DNA of 64,000 bases from Eledone cirrhosa (taxonomy: Eukaryota): the NCBI GenBank assembly GCA_964016885.1, contig OZ024756.1:1240001-1304000 (forward strand), read 5' to 3'. This document shows, in pieces, positions 14,301-29,500 of this stretch. The notes beneath the pieces were generated by a model that was not told where the DNA came from, ran no database searches, and saw only the letters and a program-made list of their open reading frames with translations. How positions within the stretch are numbered: position 1 is the stretch's first letter; every line of letters starts with the position of its first letter. The position numbers were made by a program, and so were the translations under genes.

Positions 14301-15224
14301 AATGAAATAATATCGAGACATAGTTTTCAATACATATTTTGTATTTAAGTATATTTTTGAATACTCACGAATATTTATACAAAATACTGTCATTATATCC
14401 ACACAAAAAAGTCTCTTTCGTCGATTTTTGTTTCAAATAATAAGTTTGGTAGACATTTTCAAGTAAAAATATATAAATATATTTTTATCCAATTTGTATC
14501 AATAAAATGTGTTTAGTTTAGTTTTCAATAAATTTCTCTATACTTGAATTCTAATCATCAAAAAATTATGCAAATAAATCCGGTTTATAAAATCTCAAAT
14601 TGATGCCGATATTTCGCAGACGATCACATGTACTAAGTATGACTCCGAACATTAGAGAGCCCCTTTCGAAATGTTTACACACAGATAAGTTATTTATTTA
14701 TTGTTTTTTATTTCTTTTGCAGGAAATCTTTTCTCTTAACCTCTTTAATCTATAATATCCTGTTGGGACTGCACATGTAGGTGTACATATATGTATAACA
14801 AACACATGTAGTAATATATGCATTTATAGATATACAGATGTATATGTATATACTAATAGAAGCATATTCTAAATGTAGTAGGATGTATTATAAACGTGTG
14901 TGTGTGTGTAGAGGGGAGGGGCTGGACAATTAGATAAATAATATCATATCATACGGAAGTGAGTCGAAAGATTTGGGAGTTAAAAGAAATAAGTTACGAA
15001 TACTGAACGAAACAAATATTCAAAAGTGAAGAAATTAAAAGAATATTTACCATTATTTATGTAGTGTTACTTCTGAAATAATATATATCCAACTGATTTG
15101 TTAGTGGTAATCTTTGTCGAATATACATACATTATATATATATATATATACATATATGTATATATATATATAATATATATCAGTTATATATATATCTATA
15201 TATATATATATATATAATATATCA

Positions 15225-15351
<127 letters not shown>

Positions 15352-15703
15352 TATATCAGTTTAATCTCTCTCTCTCTCTCTGTCTCTCTCTATATATATA
15401 TATTTATATACATATATCAGTATATATATATATATTATATATATACATATATCAGTTATATATATATATATATTATATTATATATACATATATCAGTTAT
15501 ATCTATATATATATTATATATACATATATCAGTTATATATATATATATATTATATATACATATATCAGTTATATATATATATATATTATATATACATATA
15601 TCAGTTATATATATATTATATATATATATATCAGTTATATTATATATTATATATACATATATCAGTTATATATATATATATATATTATATATACATATAT
15701 CAG

Positions 15704-15739
<36 letters not shown>

Positions 15740-16203
15740 TATATATATATATATATAATATATATATATATATAGGCAGTGTATTACTTGCACAGTTCTT
15801 TACTATTCTCTATGCTGTATATAGATCCACGTATGAATAGACAAAGATTTGGTGAAACTTATAATTCCCGGTTATAACATCTTGTGTCTTGGTTTATAGG
15901 TCACGTGATTGCAAGGGATGATTCAACATGTAAAGTATCTTGTATTGTAATACAGAAATGATTGATGTATTAACGAAAGAAGGACTATATTCTAGCCAGA
16001 AGTGGGTGTCTCACATCCGTCTTTTAATATATATATATATATATATATGTGTATTGTTTATACAAACGTCCAAGTAAAAGTGAAACCGACTAAGAGTTCG
16101 CCATGGGAGCTGTAGCTAACTCCCTCTGGTGGACGGTTTTGTTGTTTTTCCTCGTAAAATACATGGATGATAACATTCTCTCTCTCTGCCTCTCCCTCTC
16201 TCC

Positions 16204-16235
<32 letters not shown>

Positions 16236-16366
16236 ATTTCTCTCTCTCTCCCACTCACTCTCCCTTTCTCTCTTACTGGTGTTGTTTTTTGGTTATCAAT
16301 AAGTTATCTAGATGAGGCTGTTGTTGATGTTGATGTTATTGTTATTTTTACTGATGTATATATATG

Positions 16367-16459
<93 letters not shown>

Positions 16460-17066
16460 GTGTGTGTATGTATGTATATTTCCTCCGTCAGCTGTGATTG
16501 TTACTAATTCGTGTAATAGTTGCTTCAGTCTGCCGGTGTTTATGTATCTGTCTGTCTGTCTGTCGTGTTGTTACTGAAGAATGGTAAGTCTAGCAGCTGC
16601 TGCTGTTGTTGTTGTTGTTGTTGCTATAGTTACTGCTACTATTAACGATATTGTTGTTGCTATTGTTTATGTTCGTTATTTTTCTTATTTTTTTTTTTAC
16701 CAAAATACATTTTATGAATATCTTTGCAAGACATAGAGGGAGCTTCCTTCAACGTTTGATGTGCAAAAAATAGCAGCTACATACCCTCTCCTTCAGAGTA
16801 CTTCTTTATAAAGATAAAGGAAGAGCCACACAAGATGGTGTAATCCATGTAATCGTAAACGGGGTGGCCACGGTTGGAGTGGTTTTCATAATAGTCCTTG
16901 TTTGATCACAGCTGATTTGTGGACTAAACAACAACACTATTTATCAATGGCGTTGTTAGACTTATGCTGGTCTCATGTTGGTATTACAGTTGCTGATGTT
17001 GTTGTTGTTGTTGTTGTTACAGCTGTTATTGCTGTTTCTGCTGCTGGTGTTGTCGTTCACTTTTGG

Positions 17067-17097
<31 letters not shown>

Positions 17098-17715
17098 GTT
17101 GCTGTTATTACTGTTATAATTCCGCTAGTATTTCCTGTTGATGTTGTTGTTGTTGCTGCTGCAGTTAATAGTACTATTTCTATTCTTTACTGTTGTTGTT
17201 GTTGCTGTTGTCGTGTTGTTGAGGTCTTATTACTGTTGTTGTTGTTGTTGTTGTTGCTGTTGTTCTGTTGTTGAGGTCTTATTACTGTTGTTGTTGTTGT
17301 TGTTGCTGTTGTTCTGTTGTTGAGGTGTTATTACTGTTGTTGTTGTTGTTGTTGTTCTGTTGTTGAGGTCTTATTACTGTTGTTGTTGTTGTTGTTGTTG
17401 CTGTTGTTCTGTTGTTGAGGTCTTATTACTGTAGTTATTTCAACAGTTACCAACGTCGCTACAGGCCTTACTGTCCTGGGTCGATAAAACAAAGTACCAG
17501 TAACATACTGGAGTTGATTTAATCGACTTACTTCTCCCCTAAAATAGTTGGCCAATATCACACAAGATCTCGTAGGTTATTTCTAAAACATTCCAGATAT
17601 ATTCCAAACTGTGATTCCTTTCTTCCCAAACTATTTCCGATCAATGATATTTTTTCTTTTGTTTCTCTGTTCAATTTATTCCATTAAGATTCTCTCGTAT
17701 TTTGTAGTATTATTA

Positions 17716-18527
17716 GTAATACTCCAAACAGTGTTCTCGTGTATTGTATCACTGTTGTTGTTTTGTTATAATGTCCAACTTTGCCGTAGTTAATACTCCA
17801 CACAGTGTTCTCGTGTATTGTATCACTGTTGTTGCTTTGTTATAATGTCCAACTTTGCCGTAGTTAATACTCCACACAGTGTTCTCGTGTATTTTACCAC
17901 TGTTGTTGTTTTGTTATAATGTCCAACTTTGCCGTAGTTAATACTCCACACAGTATTCTCGTGTATTGTATCACTGTTGTTGCTTTGTTATAATGTCCAA
18001 CTTTGCCGTAGTTAATACTCCACACAGTGTTCTCGTGTATTGTATCACTATTGTTGCTTTGTTATAATGTCCAACTTTGCCGTAGTTAATGCTTCGCACA
18101 GTGTTCTCGTGTATTGGACCACTGTTGCTGTTTTGTTATAATGTCCAACTTTGCCGTAGTTAACACTCCACACAGTGTTCTCGTGTATTTTACCACTGTT
18201 GTTGTTTTGTTATAATGTCCAACTTTGCCGTAGTTAATACTCCAGATAGTGTTCTCGTCTATTGTATCATTGTTGTTGCTTTGTTATAATGTCCAACTTT
18301 ACCGTAGTAATATTCCACGCAGTGTTCTCGTGTATTGCACCACTGTTGTTGCTTTGTTATAATGTCCAACTTTGCCGTAGTTAATGCTTCGCACAGTGTT
18401 CTCGTGTATTGCATCACTGTTGTTGCTTTGTTATAATGTCCAACTTTACCGTAGTTAATGCTTCGCACAGTGTTCTCGTGTATTGCATCACTGTTGTTGC
18501 TTTGTTATAATGTCCAACTTTGCCGTA
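17716..18527. repeat. 74-bp minisatellite, ~11 copies
   Basis: CAGTGTTCTCGTGTATTG...TATAATGTCCAACTTTGCCGTAG with period 74 (17731, 17805, ...). Confidence 0.95.
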
Positions 18528-20266
18528 CTGCTAGCCATCTTCAGATATCTTTACTTTCGATATTGCGTTACATTGATCTTCCTTTAGGTTGTTGTATTTG
18601 TAACCTCAATTGTTTTGGTGTTGTTCTTGTTGGTGGTGTTTTTAGTAGTGTGTTGTTGTTGTTGGTTGTGGTGTTGTTGGTAGTGGTGTTGTTGGTTGTG
18701 GTGTTGTTGGTGGTGGTGTTTTTAGTAGTGTGTTATTGTTGTTGGTTGTGGTGGTGTTTTTAATAGTATGTTGTTGTTGTGGTGTTGGTTGTAGTGTTGT
18801 TGGTAGTGGTGTTGTTGTTGTTGGTGTGGTGTTGGTGTAGGGAGTAAGTTTGTTGGTGTGGTGTTGGTGTTGAACAGCTTGCAACAGTAACAGTTTAGAC
18901 ACTGCCATACAGTGGTGTCATATTTGGTGTTGAGAAATATGTAGAGAAGAACGTTTGGCTTTTAACAGGGAATATTAAGACATTGAGTTATTCAGAGAAT
19001 GGGATACGCTAATGTCTTTAAACAATGTGGACATGATATATCTTATGACTGGGATAACTGTTCAGAGAGCGTTTAAGGAACATCGTATGTTTTAAAAGCA
19101 TACGGCAAATGTTTGACATAGTATAAGTGCTGTAGATGTTTAATAGAACATAGTCTGTTAAACAGAAATTGTGTGACAATGTGTGGGATCAGATGTTTAA
19201 GAAAATGAAGGAAGTATTTGACAGATGGCGTGGAGTATTTATTTTGTGCTTAATAGATTTGATAAGTTAAAGCATCATTTATGTTTAACTGTATGTTTTG
19301 TAGATAAGAGTGTAAGGTGTTTAACCGAGACAGTTGTTGTTAAAATATCTGGCGGTTTCCATTATTAGAAGACAAAACATTTCATGACATCTTAAAATAG
19401 ACATTGTAAAATGGATGTGAAGTAAGAAGAATGAAATGTTGCAATGTTCCGAGAGAAATTATTATTATTAAATAGTGAAAAAGGTTCTTTTCCTCCGAAG
19501 AAATAGAGACGTTACGTAAAGTGAAGAAAACTTAAAATTGTAAAGATATCTCAATAAATTATGAAGAATATAAATAATAATAATAATAATAATAAAAATA
19601 ATAATGAATAGTAATAACAATTTCAAGAAAAAAAAAATGAAATATTAAGAAATGTTTGTCCTCTCCAAATTCAGAAATTGTAATCTTGTTCAATGATAAT
19701 TTTTTCTTTCTTTTTTTTTTTTTTTTTTTCTGCTTCGGTACTCCACGGCTTTTTCCGTTTTACTCCGTAAGTGTTACTGTCCAACTGAACATCAATACTT
19801 ATCACGCTTGCGCAGAATCATTTAGTGAAATACATAAAAAAAGCAGTAGAAGGAAGAAGGTAGTATCGGGTGTTGTCGTTGTTGTTGTTGTTGTTGTTGT
19901 TTCTGCTTCTTACAGGGTTTTGTTTACATATGTAAGTTTTTTTGTTGGTCATGCAGTTCTCGGCGTTACTTTTATTACATCGGTTGTTGCTGTTGTTGCT
20001 GTTGCTGTTGCTGCTGCTGTTGTTGTTGTTGTTGTTGTTTTTGCTGTTGCTGCTGTTATTGTTGTTGTTGTTGCTGTTGTTGCTGCTGTTTTGCTATCTA
20101 TCAACTTACGAATTTCAACCAATCTCTCTTTTTATTCGCCAATGTAAATATGTACGAAGATTTACTGACAATGTGTGAATGTATGGGTGTGAGTGTGTGT
20201 GTGTGTATGTGTGTGTGTGTGTGTGTGGGTGCGTGTGCCTACATGTCACTCTCCCTCTCTCTCTCG

Positions 20267-20315
<49 letters not shown>

Positions 20316-20438
20316 GGGGGGGGGGTGCGTGTGCCTACATGTCTCTCTCTCTCTTTCTCTCTTTCTCTTTCTCTCTCTCTCTCTCTCTCTATAAAGTGTG
20401 TGTGTGGATGTATTTGTCAGCGGTTGTATATCTAAATT

Positions 20439-20478
<40 letters not shown>

Positions 20479-20874
20479 TACGTGTATGGAGACACATGCA
20501 CAAAACTATACACATTCACTGTTTACATGTATGTATATATATACTGTGTATATATACATATATATGTATATATATACAATTACATATATGTAAGTGGGTG
20601 TGTACATGTATGTATCTCTCTCTCTCTGTACATGTGACTCTCATGTATATGTATCTGGGTGTGTGTGCGTGTGTGCGTGTGTGTGTGTACGTGTGTGTGT
20701 AGGTGTGTGTACGGATGTGTATGTGTGTGTGTGTGTATATATATATGTGTGTACGTATGTGTGTGTATGTACGTGTGTATGTGTGTGTGTGTGTAGAGTT
20801 TAGTATTTTTAAATCATCTTAAAACGATAATTTCTTAGAAGTATGTAAATAAACAAACCGAAGTGAAACTGAGG

Positions 20875-21960
20875 GGAGGCGGCGGAGTTGGTGGGGGTTG
20901 TGGTGGTGGTGGTGGTCGTGGTGTTGGGGGAGGTGGTAGTGGGGTTGTGGTGGTGGTGGTGGTCGTGGTGTTGGGGGAGGTGGTAGTGGGGTTGTGGTGG
21001 TGGTGGTGGTCTTGGTGTTGGTGGTGGTGGTGGTGTTGGGGGAGGTGGTCGTGGCGGTGTGGTGGTGGGGTTGAGGGAGGTGGTGGTGTCGGTGTGGTGG
21101 TGGTGGTGGGAGGTGGTGGTGGTGGTCGTCGTGGTGTTGGGGGTTGTGGTGGTGGTGTCGGTGGTGGTGTCGGGGGAAGTGGTTGTGGTAGTGGCGGTGG
21201 GATCGTTGGGGGTGGTGGTGGTGGTGCAGGAAATGAAGGTTATCGTGGCACTAATGCAGGTGACGGGGGATGAGGTATAATGATGGTGGTGGTGGTGGTG
21301 GTGTATAGGTGGTGTAGTGGTGGAAGTGTGGTGATGGCGGTGGTAGTGGTGGTGGATGAGTTATAATGGTGGCGGTGGTGGTGGTGGTGTAGTGGTGGTG
21401 GTGGTGGTAGTGGTGATGGTGGCGGTGTAGTGGTGGTGGTGGTGGTAGTGTGGTGATGGTGGTGGTGGATGAGGTATAATGATGGTGGTGGTGATGTAGT
21501 GGTGGTGGTAGTGGTGGAAGTGTGGTGATGGTGGTGGTTGTGGTGGATGAGGTATAATGATGGTGGTGGTGGTGGTGTAGTGGTGGTGGCGGTGAGGGTG
21601 GCGGTGATGATGGCAGTTGGTGGCGGTGATGGTGTTGTGATGGAGGTGATGGCGGTGATGTTGATGGTGGCGGCGGCAATGATGGTGTTGTGGTAGTGTA
21701 GTGATGGTGGTGGTGGTGTAGGTATAGGGATAGTGGCGATGGTAGCGGAGATGGTGTAGTGAGGGTGGTGGCGGTGATGTTGTTGTTGTGGTGGTGGTGG
21801 TGGTGGTGGTGGTGGTATGGTTGATGGTGTAGTGAGGGTGGTGGTGGTGGTGGCGGTGATGGTGGTGGTGGTGGCGGCAGTGATGTTGTTGTTGTTGTTG
21901 TGGTGGTGGTGGCGTTGATGATGTTGGTGGCGGGGGTAGGTAAGGTGGAAGTGTGAGGTA
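20875..21960. repeat. Degenerate (GGT)n G-rich low-complexity tract
   Basis: Direct observation. Confidence 0.9.
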
Positions 21961-22069
21961 GGGAGAATGAGAAAGTGGGCGTTGTCGGTGGGAGAATGTC
22001 CAATGGAATGCCAAGTTGATTCTTTCTTCTGCCCCCTCCTCCTGCTGAGACACAGCTGGTCGGGTACGG

Positions 22070-22126
<57 letters not shown>

Positions 22127-22142
22127 CACACACACACACATA

Positions 22143-22207
22143 TACTCTTTTACTCTTTTACCTGTTTCAGCCATCCGGCTGAGGCCATGCTGGGGCACCG
22201 CCCTTGG
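22143..22207 (-). mobile_element. Short 3'-end copy of the CR1-group LINE
   Basis: Nearly identical to the LINE termini at 26513-26577 and 41722-41786. Confidence 0.85.
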
Positions 22208-22245
22208 TATATATATACATACATACACAGATACACACACACACG

Positions 22246-22277
<32 letters not shown>

Positions 22278-22288
22278 CACAGATACAT

Positions 22289-22319
<31 letters not shown>

Positions 22320-22409
22320 CACTTACATGCATTCACACACACATGCATATATCTATATGTAAATACACATACAAGCATACATACACAAAACAAACAGAAG
22401 AATTAGAAT

Positions 22410-23198
22410 CGTGTGTGTGTATGCATGTATATGCGTGTAAGTATGTGTGCGTGTATGTGTGTGTATACATGTATATGTATGTACATATGTGTGTGTTTGT
22501 GTGTGAGTGTGTATGTGTGTGTGTGTATGTGTGTATGTATGTGTGATGTGTGTGTATGTATGTGCGTATCTGTGTGTCTGTGTGTGTCTCTGTGTGTGTG
22601 TGTGTATGTGTATGTATGTATGTCTGTGTATGTGTGTGTGTGTATGTGTGTGTGTGTATGTGTTTAAGTATGTATGTGTGATGTGTGTGTATGTATGTGT
22701 GTGTCTGTGTTTGTATGTGTATGTGTGTATATGTGTGTATGTATGTGTGATGTGTGTGTATGTGTGTGTATATGTGTGTATGTATGTGTGATGTGTGTGT
22801 GTGTGTGTATGTGTGTATATGTGTATGTGTATGTGTGTATGTGTATATGTATGTATGTATGTATGTGTGTATATGTGTGTATGTATGTGTGATGTGTGTG
22901 TGTATATGTGTGTATGTGTATATGTGTATGTGTGTATATGTGTGTATGTATATGTGTGTATGTGTGTATGTATGTGTGATGTGTGTATGTGTGTGTATGT
23001 GTATGTGTGTATGTGTATATGTGTGTATGTATGTGTGTATGTATGTGTGATGTGTGTGTGTATGTGTATGTGTGTATGTGTGTATATGTGTATGTGTATA
23101 TGTGTGTATGTATGTGTGTGTGTATGTGTATGTGTGTATGTGTGTGTGTATGTGTATGTGTGTATGTGTGTATATGTGTATGTGTGTATGTGTGTGTG
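22410..23198. repeat. Degenerate (GT/AT)n microsatellite
   Basis: Direct observation. Confidence 0.9.
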
Positions 23199-23254
23199 AC
23201 ATAGATGAGAGACCAGAACCAGTGGCAATCATCTAAACATATCGGTGCCGTCTT

Positions 23255-23502
23255 AACAGAGTTAACCCTCCACCTCCAATAGACTCGGCCACAGTGAGGG
23301 GACTGCCAGGTTGTGTTGATGTAACCCTCCACCTCCAATAGACTCGGCTACTGTGAAGGGGTGCCAGGTTGTCTTAACAGAGTTAACCCTCCACCTCCAA
23401 TAGCCTCGGCCACTGTGAAGGGGTGCCAGGTTGTGTTGATGTAACACTCCACCTCCAATAGACTCGGCTACTGTGAAGGGGTGCCAGCATGTGTTGATGT
23501 AA
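23255..23502. repeat. ~60-bp tandem repeat, 4 copies
   Basis: CTCCACCTCCAATAG.CTCGGC.AC.GTGA.GGG...CCAG repeated. Confidence 0.85.
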
Positions 23503-23863
23503 GCACCAATAGTTAGTATGGTGTATCCGACACCCCTCTTTGGAGGGAGTGGACCAGTCATGGCGGCTAACGGGGACCGGTGGGTGTCGCTCGAACTAAC
23601 TATGGTTATCACGATGCTATTATACATCTCAACACACATCTAACCACATGTATGTATGTATGTATGTATGTATGTATGTATGTATGTATGTATGTATGTA
23701 TGTATGTATGTATATTGTATGTATGTATGTATGTATGTATGTATATATGTATGTATGTATGTATGTATGTAGCTATAATCCGAAAAGAAAAGATCAACAT
23801 CATCGGTAACTACTGAGCCACAGGTTTATATCGGAGTTATCCGATATAAAACCTGTGGCTCCC

Positions 23864-23934
23864 TATTTTATCTGATGAGAACGCAAACATCGTCCCTGGG
23901 TGATATTTGTTTTTGAAATGCGCATAATAAAATA
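23864..23934 (+). ncRNA. Type I hammerhead motif, pLTR remnant related to the element ending at ~46480
   Basis: TATTTTAT-CTGATGA(23872)-stem II-GAAA(23915)-TGCGCA-TA-ATAAAATA. Downstream sequence is shared with 46447-46480. Confidence 0.75.
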
Positions 23935-23992
23935 CATGGAACTTTTCTAACCATCTTTTAATTTCTTCTTATAATATATATATATATATATA

Positions 23993-24395
23993 TAAAATAT
24001 TAAACAAATAATGAATAAACAATTCCTTATATTAAACAAAAAAAGTTCATTATTTAACGATCGTTTCTAGGATATATATGTGTTAGAATTGGTATGCATA
24101 TTCAACAGATCTATGTACAAAATTATACAAAATTATACAAATTATCAAGATTAAATATACATACCAAACACATATATACGCCGTCTTCAGATTATTTCTG
24201 AAGACGGCGTATATATGTGTTTGGTATGTATATTTAATCTTGATAATTTGTATAATTTTGTATAATTTTGTACATAGATCTGTTGAATATGCATACCAAT
24301 TCTAACACATATATATCCTAGAAACGATCGTTAAATAATGAACTTTTTTTGTTTAATATAAGGAATTGTTTATTCATTATTTGTTTAATATTTTA
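23993..24395. repeat. Near-perfect palindrome with ~200-bp arms; contains a hammerhead-like motif
   Basis: Arms 23993-24191 and 24198-24395. CTGAAGA at 24199 ... GAAA-CGATCG-TT-AAATAAT at 24321-24339. Confidence 0.85.
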
Positions 24396-24549
24396 TCTTG
24401 ACTCTGTATACCGTTTATTTTTCACCGAAAGTGGTTTTTCATTACATCTCTTCTTTCCATGATATCCGGAATACATTGAGTTCTTCATACGGATTGGACA
24501 CTACCGTAAACTCTTGGTAGATTTATCTACATATATATATATATATATA

Positions 24550-25472
24550 GAAAAAAAGATGAAATCGAAAATGCAACTGGAGTCTTATTTAAAAATATAT
24601 ATATATATTTATTTGGTTCCTTTACCGGTTTCGCAGTTCTTCTGCTTTTCAAAAGTAGAGTTGAGATGGAGGGTCTGTCGTTTTTCTCACATTTCTCCCC
24701 AAAAAACTTCAAATAAAACCCATCCCGAATTAATCAGAAAACCAACAAAGACATAGGGAAAAGATGGCGTTAGAAACATTTAAAATAGAAATAGAACTGT
24801 TGCGATTAAGAGCCAATTCCAACGAAGAAAAATTCAAGTCACTCGACCAACAGATGGACACAGAAATCTCAAAGCACTCTGAAGGCCTACTCTACGAAAA
24901 AAACCTTAAAACTTTGGAAAGAAAACTGTGAGGATGAACTAACATCCCTCCAGCGATGGGAAAAAAAACACCACCTGGTTCAACAACTACGAAATGGACT
25001 TCAAAAATGAACAACATACAGGTAACCCATTTTTAAAACAAACTAAAACTCACACACCACATGCACAACAAATAACAAAGAAAGTAACAAAACGTCCAAC
25101 ATATCCCCTGCAAAACTATAACGATAATCCCAGAAACCATAGATAAAACTATAACCCTACTAACAAAAACTGAAGATCCCCGAACACAAGGCAGGACCCG
25201 ATCCGCAGATCACAACCCATACAAAACCTATTCCAAAACCGTAGACCCCTGCTCACACAGAGCATGTTCCAAAACCGTAGATCCCAACCCACACAAAGGA
25301 ACAAAATCTACAACCCGGACTATCAACAGATGTGAGAAAAACCACAGACCCTCCATCTTAACTCTACTTTTGAAAAGCAGAAGAACTGCGAAACCGGTAA
25401 AGGAACCAAATGAATATATATATTTTTTTAAAAATAAGACTCCAGTTGCATTTTCGATTTCATCTTTTTTCT
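24550..25472 (+). mobile_element. Penelope-like remnant bounded by ~145-bp inverted repeats
   Basis: 24551-24693 is the reverse complement of 25329-25470. The arms carry a degenerate hammerhead (GCAG-AAGAA-CTGC-GAAA-CCGG-TA) and resemble 48220-48285. Decayed coding-like sequence lies between them. Confidence 0.55.
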
Positions 25473-25538
25473 TTATACTTTCACTCGTGTAGGACATCTC
25501 GGTTATTTTTCATTTTGTAAAAAAAACCTCACTTTCTA

Positions 25539-25650
<112 letters not shown>

Positions 25651-25703
25651 TTATATATATATATATATTTATATATATATTTATATATGTGTGTGTGTGT
25701 GTT

Positions 25704-25734
<31 letters not shown>

Positions 25735-25764
25735 TTATATATGTGTGTGTGTGTGTGTGTATGT

Positions 25765-25820
<56 letters not shown>

Positions 25821-25892
25821 GTGTATATATATATATACATATGTGTATATATATATATACATATGTGTTTATATATATATATATACATATGT

Positions 25893-25926
<34 letters not shown>

Positions 25927-26057
25927 CATTTTTTACATAGATCTATATGTTATACATACCAACACACACATATATATCCTAGAAACGATCGTAAAATGAT
26001 GAATTTTTTAATATAAGGAACTGTTTCTTTGTTTTTATTCATTATTTTTATTAATTT

Positions 26058-26207
<150 letters not shown>

Positions 26208-26387
26208 CGAATTACTTCCTGGTGGTTGGTATTTTTTAATAATTCAAATCTTTACAGTAAGTTGTTCTTGACATTAGTTCTGATAAGTTGTTAACTTTCT
26301 GGGGAACTTTCTCCCATTCGAGGGCCGGTGTCAAACTGTTCTGTTGTGATATGTTGATGATGTATATATATATGTATATCTTGTATA

Positions 26388-26458
<71 letters not shown>

Positions 26459-26512
26459 CCACACACACATATATATGTATATATATATACATATATACAC
26501 ATACATATATAT

Positions 26513-29500
26513 TACTCTTTTACTCTTTTACCTGTTTCAGCCATCCGACTGAGGCCATGCTGGGGCACCGCCCTTGTTGCTACACATTTTATCTCCAGCC
26601 TGTATAGGTTGGCCACTGGTGTAGGAGGGAGTTTGTTGCTGCTGCCCTTAGGTTTCCCTCGTGTCTTGCTGTGGGCTGATCCGGGATCCTGGATAACAAG
26701 GTGTCGAGATGTTTCTTAAAGACATCCACCTCCACGTCATGCAAGTCTCTCAGATCCCTCGGCAGCCTGTTGAAGAGTTGAGGGCCCCTGAATCCCAGGA
26801 TATTGCAATACCTGCTCCTTATTCTAGATGTGGAAGACGGGACCTTTGGCACCACACAGTGACGTCCTGTTCGACGGTTGGTCCAGCTCCCAATGCCAAA
26901 GTTTGGTGCTAGTCCCTCCAGGATTTTCCACATGTAGATCACTGCGTATCTCTCCCGTCTTCGCTCCAAGGAGTAGAGGTTCATTTCCTTTAGCCTCTCC
27001 CAGTAGCTTGTCTCCCTCTTGGTGTAGCTTAGCTGGATTGCCTCAAGCTCCGTGGTTAGTTTGACACTATGGGTGACCACAACTGGGAGCAGTAGTCCAG
27101 GCGGCTTAGGACAAAAGTCCTCCACAGTGTCAACATGGTGTCTCGATCTCTTGTCCGGAAAGTTCTCAAGATCCAGCCAGCGAGTCGTCTGCACATTGTC
27201 GCCACTTTCATGATGTGTAAAGAAAAAGATGCATCATCGCTCATGTCTATGCCCAGGTCTCGTATCGATTTTGACACGGGGATATCGGTCCCTCCTGGTC
27301 CTGTGTAGCTGTGTTCCACTATATTTGTGTTTGCAGGTTTGTATTGTAGGGCTTGGAATTTGCCAGCATTAAACTGCATGTTGTTTTCTTCCGCCCATTT
27401 GTATATGGCATCCAGATCCTGCTGTAAAAGGGCAGCGTCAGCCGGGTTTTTGATTACCTGTGCTACCTTAGTGTCATCAGCATAGCTAGTGAGGGATGTT
27501 GTTGCATGCCCCACAGAGGGCATGTCCGAGAGAGCCACCAAAAACAGTAGTGATCCCAGGACTGTTCCCTGGGGCACCCCACTTGTTATTGGTGTTTCCC
27601 TCGAGAGGACCCCATTTGCTGCGACTGCCTGGCTTCTGTCCCTTAGGAAGCCATGCAGCCACTCACCTATTTTCCAGTTATGCCGAGTCCGTGTAGTTTG
27701 TGACATATCATTCCGTGGTCGACCTTGTCAAAGGCCTTCGCAAAGTCAAGATATATCACGTCCACATGTGAGCTGTCTAGTAGTTGTCTCAGTACCCAGT
27801 CGTAGTGATGTAGCAGCTGTGTAAGGCAACTTCTTCCTGGGCGGAAACCATGTTGCGTGCTAGTCAGGCGGTCATTTTCCTCGAGGAAATTGATTAGTTT
27901 CTTTCTGACGACTGGCTCCATGACCTTACTGATATGCGACGTCAGGGAGACTGGCCTATAGTTCTTGGCCTCCGCTCTACTACCTCCTTTATGGATAGGG
28001 CATATTGTGCCTTCTTTCAGCTCCCTGGGTAGTACACCGCTAGCCAAGGAGCTTCTGAAGAGCATGTTCAGTGGAGTTGCTAAGGCCCGCTTACATATTT
28101 TTAAGAGAACTGCTGGGAATCCATCAGGTCCAGCAGCCGAGTCTGTTCTAATTTCATCAATGGCGTACACCACATCCTCCTCCGTTATGTCTATGTGGTT
28201 GATGGTTGCCATTTCTTGATGTAGTGTTGTGGCATCAAAGAACTCCTCTGGCTTCGTTATTTGCATGTGCCTCAGTGGACATGTGAACACACTTTTTGTA
28301 CTGTTTGTTCAGTATTTCACATATCTCTTGGGGGTTTTCGGTTAATGAACCGTCCGTGTGGAAGAGTGGCCCAATCTTGCAGTGTACTGAGGCAGTTTCT
28401 TTTGTAAATTTAAAGAATGCCTTAGGGTTTGTTTTAATGTTTTCTATGGCCCTGTTCCTCTTTCTTTGCCCTCTCATTCTCATGTGAAAGTTTGAGTGCA
28501 ATCTCGGTGTCAATTAGTGCACATTTCAAATAGGATTCCTTCTTGTTTTTGTTTTGTTGACTATTCAACTGGTTTGAGAGTTTAGTTCTACGTCTCATAA
28601 GGATTTTCCTATCTCTGGGAATAAGATTTTTGTGTCTGTTTGCCTCTTTCTCCGGACAAACTTTTTGCATATAGTGTGTATCGTTGTCATGAAGTGTTGA
28701 AATTGTGTGTTAGTGTCTTGTGTGGTGGTGTTTTCACTCCATGTTTGCTTCCGGATTTCACTCTTAATCTTTTTCAGTTAGCCTTGTAGAAGTTAAGGCT
28801 GGATAGCGTCCCGGAGCTTCTTGGTGGTTTTGTCTCTGTTGGTTTTCTTGGACCACATATCATTAGCTCTACTAAGTTATGATCCGAGAGAATTGTTGGT
28901 GTCACCTTTACATTGTGGATGAACACTTCGTTGTTTGTAAAACAGAGGTCCAGGACATTTTCGCCTCTTGTTGGAGGAGTATTGCTTGCTCCATGAACAG
29001 CCTGTGTGAGGGCCAGCAGGGGATTCGGTCTGTCTCTGTTCTATTGACGTCATTCCAGGGAGGAGGTGGCCCTCAGGCCATTTTACCTTTGGTAGGTTGA
29101 AGTCTCCCAGCAGTAGGATGTTGAGACCCTGGTCCAGTTTGTCAAGGACCTCTTCTATCCTACTTAGGCTATCCTCAAATTTACCCTCTTGACTGGGGGC
29201 ATCGGGCGGCCGATATGTGACACATATTACTGTCTGTAGTTGCTTCATATGTATTATCAGTGTGTCACAGACTGAGTTTGAATGTGTCCAGTAGTACAAT
29301 TGGTGTGACATATTCACGGATATACAGAGCAACCCCACCATGTGTTCTCTCCTTCCTGTCCGAACGAAATACAGTATATTTCGGTATATGTATTTCTGCA
29401 TCTGCTATACTGCTTGTCAGGTGCGTTTCGGTTAGTGCCATGCATAGTGCTTGATTGCTTATGGCTAAGTCTCCCAGGTAGGAAATTTTACTCATGTTAC

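Noticed and set aside
20863-22393. Pro/His/Thr-rich or Gly-rich ORFs resembling extensins
   Set aside because: They come from a degenerate (GGT)n tract open in several frames, with no domain or splice support.
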